A stretch of 64,000 nucleotides of DNA from the human T2T-CHM13v2.0 reference genome, Homo sapiens. The notes beneath the pieces were generated by a model. The model did no database searches, had not been told where the DNA came from, and saw only the letters and a list, made by a program, of their open reading frames with translations. Each line of letters begins with the position of its first letter. The stretch's first letter is position 1. The translations under genes and the position numbers were made by a program. The stretch lies in assembly GCF_009914755.1 (NCBI RefSeq), contig NC_060929.1; one strand, given 5' to 3'. This document shows positions 12,000-24,939 of the stretch, one piece after another.

Positions 12000-14900
12000 T
12001 CAACTCCCACTTAGGACTGAGAACATGCAGTGATTGGTTTTCTGTTCTTGTGTCAGTTTGCTGAGAATGAAGGTTTCCAGCTTCATCCATGTCCCTGCAA
12101 AGGACATGAACTCATCCTTTTTTATGGCTGCATAGTATTCCATGGTGTATATGTGCCACATTTTCTTTATCCAGTCTATCATTGATGGGCATTTGGGTTG
12201 GTTCCAAGTCTTTGCTATTCTGAATAGTACTGCAATAAACATACGTGTGCATCTGTCATTATAGGAGAATGATTTATAATCTTTGGGTAAATACCCAGTA
12301 ATGGGATCGCTGGGTCAAATGGTATTTCTAGTTCTAGATCCTTGAGGAATTGCCACACTGTCTTCCACTATGGTTGAGCTAATTTACACTCCCACCAACA
12401 GGCTAAAAGCGTTCCTATTTCTCCACATCCTCTCCAGCATCTGTTGTTTCCTGACTTTTAATGATTGCCACTCTAACTGGTGTGAGATGGTATCTCATTG
12501 TGGTTTTTGATTTGCATTTCTCTAATGACCAGTAATGATAAGCTTTTTTTCATATGTCATTGTGGTTTCTGATTTGCATTTTTCTAATGACCAGTAATGA
12601 TGAGCTTTTTTTCATATGTTTGCGGGCTACATAAATGTCTTCTTTTGAGAAGTATCTATTTATAGACTTTGCCCAGTTTTGATGGGGTTGTTTGCTTTTT
12701 CTTGCAAATTTGTTTGAGTTCATTGTAGAGTCTAGATATCAGCCCTTTGTCAGATGGAGAGATTGCAAAAATTTTCTCCCATTCTGTAGGTTACTTGTTC
12801 ACTTTGATGATAATTTCTTTTGCTGTGCAGAAGCTCTTTAGTTTAATTAGATCCCATTTGTCAATTTTGTCTTTTGTTGCCATTGCTTTTGGCATTTTAG
12901 TCATGAAGTCTTAGCCCATGCCTATCTCCTGAATGGCATTGCCTAGGTTTTCTTCTAGGGTTTTTATGGTTTTAGGTCTTAGGTTTAAGTCTTTAATCCA
13001 TCTTGAGTTAATTTTTGTGTAAGTTGTAAGGAAGGGGTCCTGTTTCAGTTTTCTGCATATGGCTAGCCAGTTTTCCCAACACCATTTATTAAATAGGGAA
13101 TCCTTTCCCCATTGCTTGTTTTTCTCAGGTTTGTCAAAGATCAGATGGTTGTAGATGTGTGGTGTTATTTCTGTGGCCTCTGTTCCGTTCCATTGGTCTA
13201 TATATCTGTTTTGGTACCAGTATCATGCTCTTTTGGTTACTGTAACTTTGTGGTATAGTTTGAAGTCAGGTAGCATGATGACTCGAGCTTTGTTCTTTTT
13301 GCTTAGTATTGTCTTGGCTATGCGGGATCTTTTTTGGTTCTATATGAAATTTAAAGTAGTTTTTTCCAATTATCTGAAGAATGTCAGTGGTAGCTTGATG
13401 GGGATAGCATTGAATCTTTGGGAAGTAAATAAATTTGGGAAGTATGGCCATTTTCACGATATTGATTCTTCCTATCCATGAGCGTGGAATGTTTTTCCAT
13501 TTATTTGTGTCGTCTCTTATTTCCTTGAGTAGTGGTTTGTAGTTCTCCTTGAAGAGGTCTTTCACATCCCTTGTAAGTTATATTCCTAGGTATTTTATTC
13601 TCTTTGTAGCAATTGTGAATGGTAGTTTACTCATGATTTGTCTGTCTGTCTATTCTTGGTGTATAGGAATGCTTGTGATTTTTGCACATTGATTTTGTAT
13701 CCTGAGATTCTGCTGAAGTTGCTTATCAGCTTAAGGAGATTTTGGGCTGAGACGATGGAGTTTTCTAAATATACAATCATGTCATCTGCAAACAGAAACA
13801 ATTTGACTTCCTCTCTTCCTATTTGAATATGCTTTATTTCTTTCTTTGGCCTGATGGCCCTGGCCAGGACTTCCAATACTATGTTGAATAGGAGTGGTGA
13901 GAGAGGGCATCCCTGTCTTATGCCAGTTTTCAAAGGGAATGCTTCCAGTTTTTGACCATTCAGAATGATATTAGCTGTGGGTTTGTCATAAATAGCTCTT
14001 ATTATTTTGAGATACGTTCCATCAACACCTAGTTTATAGAGAGTTTTTAGCATGAAGGGCTGTTGAATTTTTTCAAAGGCCTTTTCTGCATCTATCGAGA
14101 TAATCACATGGTTTTTGTCATTGGTTCTGTTTATGTGATGGATTACGTTTACTGATTTGCATATGTTGAACCAGCCTTGCATCCCAGGGATGAAGCCGAC
14201 TTGATCTGGTGGATAAGCTTTTTGATGTGCTGCTGGATTTGTTTTGCCAGTATTTTAATGAGGATTTTCCCATCGATGTTCATCAGGGATATTGGCCTGA
14301 AATTTTCTTTTTTTTGTGGTGTGTCTGCCAGGTTTTGGTATCAGGCTGATACTGGTCTCATAAAATGAGTTAGGGAGGAGTCCCTCTTTTTCTATTGTTT
14401 GGAATAGTTTCAGAAGGAATGGTGCCAGCTCCTCTTTGTACCGCTGGTAGAATTCAACTGTTAATCCCTCTGGTCCTGGACTTTTTTTGGTTGGTAGGCT
14501 ATTAATTACTGCCTCACTTTCAGAACTTGTTATTGGTCTGTTCAGGGACTCAACTTCTTCTTGGTTTAGACTTGGGAGGGTGTATGCATCCAGGAATTTA
14601 TCCATTTCTTCTAGATTTTCTAGTTATTTGCATAGAGGTGTTTATAGTATTCTCTGATGGTAGTTTGTATTTCTGTGGGATCAATGGTGATATACTTTTT
14701 ATCATTTTGTACTGTGTCTATTTGATTCTTCTCTCTTTTCTTCTTTTTTATTCTGGCTAGTGGTCTATCTATTTTGTTGATCTTTTCAAAAAATCAGCTC
14801 CTGGATTCATTGATGTTTTGAAGGGCTTTTCGTGTCTCTATCTCCTTCAGTTCTGCTCTGATCTTAGTTATTTCTTGTCTTCTGGTAGCTTTTGAATTTG

Positions 14901-15883
14901 TTTGCTCTTGCTTCTCTAGTTCTTTTAATTGCAATGTTAGGGTGTTGATTTTAGATCTTTCCTGCTTTCTCTTGTGGGCATTTAGTGCTATAAATTTCTC
15001 TCTAAACACTGCCTTAAATGTGTCCCAGAGATTCTGTTATGTTGTGTTTTTGTTCTCATTGGTTTCAAAGAGCTTATTTATTTCTGCCTTAATTTCATTA
15101 TTTACCCAGTAGTCGTTCAGGAGTAGGTTGTTCAGTTTCCATGTAGTTGTGCAGTTTTGAGTGAGTTTCTTAATCCTGAGTTCTAGTTTGATTTCACTGT
15201 AATCTGAGAGACTGTTATTATTTCCATTTTTTGCCTTTGGTGAGGAGTGTTTTACTTCCAATTCTATGGTCAATTTTAGAATAAGTGTGATGTGGTGCTG
15301 CTAGGAATGTATATTCTGCTGATTTTGGGTGGAGAGTTCTGTAGATGTCTATTAGGTCCACTTGGTCCAGAGCTGAGTTCAAATCCTGAATATCCTTCTT
15401 AATTTTCTATCTCATCGATCTGTCTAATATTGACAGTGGGGTGTTAAAGTCTCCCATTATTATTGTGTGGGAGTCTAAGTCTCTTTGTAGGTCTCTAAGA
15501 ACTTGCTTTATGAATCTGGGTGCTCTTGTATTGGATGCCTATACATTTAGGATAGTTAGCTCTTCTTGTTGCATTGATCCCTTTACCATTATATAATGCC
15601 CTTCTTTGTCTCTTTTGATTTTTGTTGGTTTAAAGTCTGTTTTATCAGAGACTAGGATTGCAACCCCTGCTTTTTTTTGCTTTCCATTTGCTTGGTAAAT
15701 ATTCTTCCATCCCTTTATTTTGAGCCTATGTGTGCCTTTGCACATGAGATGTGTCTCCTGAATACAGCACACTGATAGGTCTTGACTCTTTATCCAGTTT
15801 GCCCGTCTGTGTCTTTTAATTGGGGCATTTAGTCCATTTACATTTAAGGTTAATATTGTTATGTGTGAATTTAATCCTGTCAT
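12000..15883 (-). pseudogene. Disrupted L1 ORF2 (endonuclease/reverse transcriptase)
   Basis: Fragments MTGLNSHITILTLNVNGLN (EN start), [15 protein letters not shown] and LFADDMIVY (RT motifs), C-terminal WNQPKCPS. Many frameshifts and stops. Confidence 0.95.
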
Positions 15884-15946
15884 TATGATGCTAGCTGGTT
15901 ATTTTGTCTGTTAGTTGATGCAGTTTCTTCATAGTGTTGACGGTCT

Positions 15947-16903
15947 TTACAATATGGTATGTTTTTGTAGTGGCTCATACCAGTTTTTCCTTTCCATGTT
16001 TAGTGCTTCCTTCAGGAGCTCTTGTAACACAGGCCTGGTGGGGACAAAGTCTCTCAGCATTTGCTTGTCTGTAAAGGATTTTATTTCTTCTTTGCTTATG
16101 AAGCTTAGTTTGGCTGGATATGAAATTCTAGGTTGAAAATTATTTTCTTTAAAAATGTTGAATATTGGCCCCTACTCTCTTCTGGCTTGTAGGATTTCTG
16201 CAGAGCGATCCACTGTTTGTCTGAAAGGCTTCCCTTTGTGAGTAACCCGACCTTTCTCTCTGGCTGCCCTTAACATTTTTTCCTTCATTTCAACCTTGGT
16301 GAATCTGACAATTATGTGTCTTGGAGTTGTTCTTCTCAAGGCGTATCTTTGTGGCGTTCTCTGTGTTTCCTGAATTTGAATGTTGGCCTGTCTTGCTAGG
16401 TTGGGGAAGTTCTCCTGGATAATATCCTGAAGGGTGTTTTCCAACTTGGTTCCATTCTCCCCGTCAGTTTCAGGTACACCAATCAAACGTAGATCTGGTC
16501 TTTTCATGTACTCCCATATTTCTTGGAGGCTTTGTTCATTCCTTTTCATTCTTTTCTCTCTAATCTTGTCTTCTCGATTTATTTCATTAGGTTGATTTTC
16601 AGTCTCTGATAGCCTTTCTTCTGCTTGATTGATTCAGCTATGATATTTGTGTATGCTTCACAAAGTTCTCGTGCTGTGTTTTTCAGCTCTATCAGGTCAT
16701 TTATATTCTTCTCTAAGCTGGTTATCCTAGTTAGCAATTCCTCTAGCCATTTTTCAAGGTTCTTAGCTTCCTTGCATTGGGTTAGAACACGCTCCTTTAG
16801 CTCAGAGGAGTTTGTTATTACTCAGCTTCTGAAGCCTACTTCTGTCAATTCATCAAACTCATTCTCCATCGTTTTGTTCCCTTGCTGGTGAGGGGTTGTG
16901 ATC
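15947..16903 (-). pseudogene. Disrupted L1 ORF1 lacking its first ~22 codons
   Basis: MKRNEQSLQEIWEYMKRPDLRLIGVPE...RHIIVRFTKVEMKEKMLRAAREKG; N-terminus lost at the splice junction. Confidence 0.92.
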
Positions 16904-17029
16904 CTCAGTTGGAAATGCAGAAATTACCTGCCTTCTGCAGTGATCTCACTGGGAGCTGAAGACCAGAGCTGTTCCTATTTGTCCATCTCGCCAGCCTCTC
17001 CTCTGAACAAGATTCCTACACTGCAATGA

Positions 17030-17494
<465 letters not shown>

Positions 17495-18038
17495 TAATGC
17501 TGTTATCTTAAATGCTTAAACTATCTGTCTCTAAAGACCTCCAATTTCATACCACTTCTATTATCAGTCTTGATATTAGAAAACTTGTCTCTCTGAGAAA
17601 GATGTTTGTTCCGTGTTCAGATAGCAAACTCACACATAAACTTTTGAACTGTAACCTGTGGTTAAATTGGGAGCTCATCATATTAATTTCTGCCAAACAG
17701 ATTTTTTTGACTCAGGACAACGATAGACTATCAGGTGACAGCACAGTTTTAAAAAACTGACTTCCTATCCTGAAGGAGTTGACTACAACAGACTACCAAT
17801 AAATCCAAATTCCAAGACAGTGCTGTGTAGGTTAGAACAGTCCCACCATTTTCTAATGTAAATGCTGAGAAATATTGTCAGTGCCCATGACAGTTATTTT
17901 GTGGTTTGGGTAGTGTGGAGAAACATAACCCCCAACTTCTTATATGTGTGCATACATGATACATACAAGACACACACACACACACAAACCTTGCCAAATT
18001 TGAAAAACATAGATTTTTTTTTTCCTCCAGAGTAGTAG

Positions 18039-18336
<298 letters not shown>

Positions 18337-18804
18337 TCTTTTAACTCTATGAAAGGGAGACACAGCAAGGTAAAGAGAACTGATTATAATGTAATCTTCC
18401 TCTGTTTTCCATAATTTTTTACTCTTACTGGAGGTTTAAGAAACCTGCAATTCTCTCACTTCAGCAGCTGTCAATCCGAGCAATGCTACATTTAGGGAAC
18501 AATTTCCTTAACCTAGAGTTACAGAGAACATCAAAAGCATAGTTTTATTTAGATCTAAATTATATAACATTTAGAGTTGCAGGGCCCCATCCCCAAAAAG
18601 AAAAGATAATAATTAATTCTGTCATTTGCTTTAATCCAACTAGACACATTAAAAACAGCTTGAATGTCTTTACTTGCTCTACCTAAGTTTTCAAGGATTC
18701 TAGAATGCTATTGCTGTAACAAAATATTCAGATAAAAAGAACCTAAATTTGTTCCCTAATGTTGGAACAAAATAATAGGAGTATTTTCACTCATAAGGGA
18801 GTGA

Positions 18805-18868
18805 AAATAAAAATAAATAATAATAAATAATAAAACAATAAAATAAATAATAAAACTAAAAATAAAAT
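18805..18868. repeat. A-rich (AATAA)n low-complexity tract
   Basis: Seen directly. Confidence 0.8.
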
Positions 18869-19654
18869 GTATGAGCAATTAAATTATGCTCTTAAATTAT
18901 ATTCAGTGATTTAAAATGAAGAGATTCTTACTGGCTTTTAGAATTAACACAGTTAATATGTTTTTTATTTACATATTTTATCCTCAAAAATAAACTTATG
19001 AATTCACACTCTAGGTCCTAGAGGCTAAAAAATCTAGTGATTTAAATAATTTGGTTAATATAATGTATCCTGTGTTTCAGAATATTCAGTTTTATTTGTA
19101 AAATTATTTGATTTACTCTGTATTCCAAATACACTACAAAATTCATATGTATTATAAATAGATGTATTAAGAACAGAATGCATACACACATATAGGAGAA
19201 CATTTTATTAAGTCAGATACGTTTAGTCAATAAATATTCATTGAGCATCTACCACATACCAGGCACAATGATAAATTACTTCAAATAAATGCGTATTTAG
19301 AGATTATCTTCACACCGTGAAGTAGCTGGCTAATATGCATAGCTATTTAATATGTATGTGTATGTAAGAACAGATGTACATACATACATATACATATCTA
19401 TATGTAGATACATATCATATATTGTATATTCTCCATATACACATTACACAAATACATACTACTTATACATGTATATTTTATATACATATATAGAGAGAGA
19501 GCATATGCCAAAATAAATTTAAATTGAATACTTTAAAATTACTCATATTTTATTATTTCTCTTGAGAAAGTCTATGCTGCTATAATTTATTTCAGGTAGA
19601 TAAAGTCATACTTTTAAAAAATGCCTTTTTATCACAATGGTTCACAATGGTGCA

Positions 19655-21606
19655 TTTTTTTTTACTTTTTATTTTCATTTCAATAGTTTTTGGGGTACAG
19701 GTGGTTTTTAGTTAGATGGATAAATTCTACACTTGATCTCAGCTAAAAGGCTGTGAAGTGATGGATGGATAAGCTCTTTAGTAGCGATTTCTGAGATTTT
19801 AGGGCACCTGTCACCTGAGCAGTATACAATGTACCCAATAGGTAGTCTTTTGTCCCTCACCTCCCTCCCAAGGTCCACCCCTCCAAATCCCCAAAGCCTA
19901 TTGTATCATTCCTATGCCTTTGCATCCTCATTGCTTAGCTCCCACTTATAAGTGACAATATACGATATTTGGGTTTCCATTCCTGAATTACTTCACTTAG
20001 AATAATGGCATCCAGCTCCATCCATGTTGCTGCAAAAGACATTATTTTATTCCTTTATATGGCTGAAGTATTCCATGGTGTATATATACCACATTTTCTT
20101 TATCCACTCATTGGTTGATGGGCACTTATGTTGGTTTCATATCTTTGCAATTGCCTATTGTGCTGCTATAAATATGCACGTGTATCTGTCTTTTTCATAT
20201 AATGACTTCTTTTCCTTAGGTAGATACCCAATAATGGGATTGCTGGATCCAATGGTAGTTCTACACTTAGTTCTTTAAGGAATCTCCATATTTTTTCAAT
20301 AGTGGTTGTACTAATTTACATTCCCACCAGCAATGTAAAACTGTTCCCTTTTCACCACATCCATGCCAACATCTATTGTCTTTTGATTTTTAAATTATCA
20401 CCATTCTTGCAGCAGTAAGGTGGTATCGCATTGTGTTTTAAGTTGCATTTCCCTAGTGTTGAGCATTTTTCCATATACGTGTTGGCCATTTGTATATCTT
20501 CTTTTGAGAATCATCTATTCATATCCTCTGCTCACTTTTTCGTGGGATTATTTTTTTTCCTGCTGATTTGTTTGAGTTCCTTGTAGATTCTGGATATTAG
20601 TCCTTTGTCAGTTGCATAGTTTGTGAATATATACTCCCACTCTGTAGGTTGTCTTTTTACTCTGCTGATTATTTCTTTTGCTGTGCAGAAGTTTTTTTAG
20701 TTTAATTAGATTCCATTTATTTATTTTTGTTTTTGTTGCATTTTCTTTTGGGATCTTAGTCATGAATTCTTTGCCTAAGCCAATGTCTAGAAGAGTTTTT
20801 TCAATGTCATCCTCTAGAATTTTTATGGTTTCAGTACTTAGATTTTAGTCTTTGATCCATTTTGAGTTGATTTTTGTATAAGGTGAGGGATGGGGATACA
20901 GTTTCATTCTTCTACGTGTGGCTTGCCGGTTTTTCCAGCACCATTTATTGAATAGGATGTCCTTTCCCCAATTTATGTTTTTTATGCTTTGTTGAAGATC
21001 AGTTGGCTGTACATATATGGCTTTATTTCTGGGTTCACTATTCTGTTCCATTGGTCTACATGCCTATTTTCATGCCAGTACCAGGCTGTTTTGGTAACTT
21101 GTAGCATAATTTGAAGTTGGGTAATGTGATGCCTCCAGATTTGTTCTTTTTGCTTGGTATTGCTTTGGTTATGCGGGCTCTTTTGGGGTTCCATATAAAT
21201 TTTAGAATTGTTTTTCTGGTTCTGTGAAGAATGATGATAGTATTTTGATGGGAATTGCACTGAATGTATAGATTACTTTGGGGCAGCATGGTCATTTTCA
21301 CAGTATTGATTCTTCCCGTTCATGAGCATGAGATGTGTTTCCATTTGTTTGGGTCATCTATGATTTCTTTCAGCAGTGTTTTGTAGTTTTCCTTGCAGAG
21401 AGATATTTCACCTCCTTAGTTAAGTATATTCCTAGGTATTTTATTTTATGTTTTTGCAGCTGTTGTAAAAGGGATTGAGTTTTCTATTTGAATCTCAGCT
21501 TGGTCATTGTTGGTGTAAAGCAGTGCTACTGATTTGTGCACATTGATTTTCTATCCTGAGACTTTACCGAATTCATTCATCAGATCTAGGAGTTTTTTGA
21601 ATTAGT
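19655..21606 (-). mobile_element. 5'-truncated L1PB (L1PB1-like) LINE-1
   Basis: L1PB-type 3' end tttcaatagtttttggggtacaggtgg; ORF2 C-terminal fragments ([14 protein letters not shown]). TSD tcacaa(t/a)ggtgcatttt at ~19642 and ~21607. Confidence 0.92.
19727..19762 (-). pseudogene. RNU2: 3'-truncated (tailless) U2 snRNA retrocopy, nt 1-36
   Basis: Reverse complement atcacttcacagccttttagctgagatcaagtgtag versus recalled U2 5' end atcgcttctcggccttttggctaagatcaagtgtag. TSD gatggataaattct / gatggataagctct. Confidence 0.88.
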
Positions 21607-21744
21607 CACAAAGGTGCATTTTATGATTCTTTAAGTGTTAATATCAAGTTTATGTATTATCTGGCGTGGCTTTCAGACACAAAACTTAAACATAAAATAT
21701 TTATTTAAAAAAACCCTGCTTCTTGATATCATAATTAGTCTAGC

Positions 21745-21862
21745 TCAGTTATTCAACAAATATTTATTCAATGCTTATTCCATGCCAGTAATTGTTTTAA
21801 GCCCTGGGACTACAGAAGTTAACAAAACAGAGATCCCTACCTTTGTGGAGCTTTCATGGTAG
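21745..21862 (-). mobile_element. L2 3' end fragment
   Basis: attcaacaaatatttattcaatgcttattccatgccag...aacaaaacagagatccctacctttgtggagcttt. Confidence 0.8.
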
Positions 21863-22444
21863 CATTATGCAATTCAGTGGAATCAGTCTTGCAGTTTCCT
21901 TTATTATCTTTATCATAAGATCTTAGGACTGTGATTATGACATCTTGTAATTAAACTATACATTGTATTCTATGGACCATTAATAATTATGAATCAAGGA
22001 GACTAATAAGTCCTAAGAAGAGAAAGCTTTCTGTTCTATTTATTAACTATTCATGGTAATGCAAATCAACAACTGTGAATCAAATGCATTATTAGAAGTT
22101 GTTAGTTGGTTTTCATAGAGCTGAAATTATATTAGGAGCCTTAAAAGTAATTAGGTCCCAGTGTAAGAAAATGGATAATGAAGGTATTCCTATGTGGTTG
22201 ATTTATTTTATAAGTAGATTTGTAATCTTTATAAAGCCATTACTAATTGTTCCACTTGCATAACATATAATTAAAAGGAAGGTTTATGGTTCCGACACTA
22301 TTACAGTAGCAGAGAAAAATGTCCTACCATAAGGCTAAGAACTAGGAATTGGCTTTGATTTGAACAATGATAATTATTACAGCCAACATCTACAAATAAT
22401 ACAGGCTATACTTATAGCTTACTGTTACTTACATGAATTATTAC

Positions 22445-22683
22445 AACGAACATTTTTTAAACATTGACATTGCCAAGCATCATGCATTTCATATAAATCA
22501 ACTTTAATCTTTACACTAAGCACCCCCTACAGGGAAGTATTATTTTCCTATTTTACTAATGAGAAAACTGAGACTAAGGGAGGTGAAGTGACCTGACCAA
22601 GACGGTATTTAGGATGTGCATTTTGAATCTCTGTATCATTTGTCCCCCAAAACGCCAAACTTACTAATTTCTATTCAGCCTCC
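22445..22683 (-). mobile_element. MIR SINE
   Basis: Core ttttactaatgagaaaactgagactaagggaggtgaagtgacctgaccaag. Confidence 0.8.
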
Positions 22684-24454
22684 CAGGCTCACAGAACCAA
22701 GCCCAGAAGTCAGAGTATAAGGTCTGTAGCACAGTATATAATTCAGCTAACTGGAGCAAATAAATGACTTGAATTTTAAAAAAAAAATTAGGATCTGAGC
22801 TAGATAGAGGTTAGCTCTTTTCTTGGCTTTCTACTTTAACTTTGCTTCACATTCATCCAAAAGAGAAATGGGACTGAAAGCACAGATAATCATAACTAAG
22901 CCCTTAGTCATTGTTATTTTATTATTAATGTACTTGGAGGAAAATAAACTTCCTAACCTTCTCTTGAATTCTCTGAGTTAGCCAAACAATCCCAGATAAT
23001 CCTTTTCTATGACCAATGGGCTAAAATTTAAAAAAAAAGAAAATAATTATAATAGCAACTATAAACCAGATTTAAACCCATCGTAACTGAGTATAACAAG
23101 TCTCCCAAATTCCACTTTTCCTCATACCTACCTTAGCACACTTGCTTTGCTAGTCCAGCTATAATTGAAGAACAATTAACGTTAGCATCACATAATATAT
23201 AAAAGGGAAAGAGACTACTTTTTCCACAGCCAGTGCCTTTTGGAGGTGATCCTCATACAAATTGTGTATTTTGGGTGATTTATACTTGCAATATTTTTCT
23301 TAAATATAAATAAAAGCACTCATATAGACAAATAAGCAGAAATAGTTCTCATTGAATTTTCATATTCTAGATTTTTTTAATTAAATGGTGATGAAAGGCT
23401 GGTATTTAGATTTGGCAAACAGACACCTAAAGGAAATTTTAAAATTTGGCAGCAGACTGCCATGGTATTCATTTATGATAGTAATTTTGAAATCGACAGG
23501 CCTTATTCTGTAGACAGCCTTTGATAGAGCTGTTTCAAAATGAGTGAGATTTATTTAAATCATTTCCTCCACCTCAAGAACTTGAGCTTGACAGACATGG
23601 ACTAAACTAATCTAACCTGTTTTTCAATATCTGGATCTACTGGGAAGCCAGCCAACCAAGAAGAAATAAAAACTCTCTAATGTGGTAGAAACAAAATCAC
23701 ATATAGCATAGCTAGATGAAAAAAAAAATGTAGTTGGGAAACCCACATTGATCTCAGTCGAAAGTGGACTGAATTTGTATGAATACCTGTACCAAAAATC
23801 AATCTTTGACTAAAAATGTAGAAGAGAAAAGTACAGTTAAATATGTGAATGGAAAATGGGCTTACTTTACATTGTATAGTGAGTCTTTCAGAGGCACAAC
23901 CTGACTGAATGCCAAAATTATCAGGGGGAATTTCTGGCAAATATTTTGCCATCCCATACCTGGAGGCTGTGATGGGACTGCCTCAGGATTAGGCTTGGAA
24001 CATAGAGGATTCCTTTAAAAACAAAACTAAACAAAAAAACATGGAGGTATGGGGGCAGAAATAGTCCCAATAGTGCCAGTTCACCAATATAGGTGCACTC
24101 TGATTAGAAAGAACAGTAAGAAAGACAGAAGTTAGACCCACCCTAGAAACCTCAGATTGGGATGACTGTTGGGGCCTCAGAGTTCTCTGGGTAGACTGGA
24201 GAATCAAGCAGAAATTGGCTACTTAGAAGAGACCAAGGAGAAGGAAAAGTCATAAAAAGAGAGAGGGAATACACAAATAATAAATTTAGCTGACTTGATC
24301 ACTGTGCCTCTGGAGAGACTCACCTGAAAATCAAAGGCACAAAATCTAATTGGCCTGAAGACATATTTCCAGCCAGTAAAATTTATCTTAATCTTACCCT
24401 CACCTTCATCTTTATTAACATTATAATTATATTCTGCAGTTTATTCCTAAAAAA

Positions 24455-24606
24455 TATCTTAGAGATTATCTAGCTCAAACTGTTCAATTAGAGGATATGA
24501 AAACTGAAACCAGAATCATTTAGTGATGGGCCCAAGGTTAGCTAATAAGTTAGTTGCCAGAATCTCCTTCAGACAACTAGGTCAAGTTTCTTATTATTCT
24601 ATGCCA
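24455..24606 (-). mobile_element. MIR3/MIR fragment
   Basis: cttagagattatctag...tgaaaactgaaaccaga...gcccaaggtt. Confidence 0.55.
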
Positions 24607-24939
24607 ATGTTTGCCAATCCTCAGTCATTTCTGTCTCCTCTTCACTTTTTGCCTCGTCTTAGTATCACCAATACTATCATCTTTTTCTGAAATTGATTCA
24701 GTTTTTACTTAATACATTTACATAAAGAAAAATAATTTTTATTATACTTTAAATTCTGGGATACATGTGCAGAACATGCAGGTTTGTTACATAGGTATAC
24801 ATGTGCCATGGTGGTTTGCTGCACCTGTCAACCATCTACATTAGGTATTTCTCTGAATGCTATCCCTCCCTTTGCCCCCACCCAGCAACAGGCCCTGGTG
24901 TGTGATCTTCCCCTCCCTGTGTCCATGTGTTCTCATTGT

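Larger units (their letters stand above)
11785..17003 (-). mobile_element. L1PA7-like LINE-1, spliced integrant (5'UTR/ORF1 intron removed)
   Basis: Contains 3'UTR, ORF2, most of ORF1 and the first 100 bp of the 5'UTR. TSD tgaacaagattc at 11773-11784 and 17004-17015. Splice junction at 16903/16904. Confidence 0.95.

Noticed and set aside
13155-14760. Plus-strand ORFs over L1 (also 25927-27297 and 29340-30872)
   Set aside because: Antisense frames of L1 with no independent coding evidence; I could not confidently identify ORF0.
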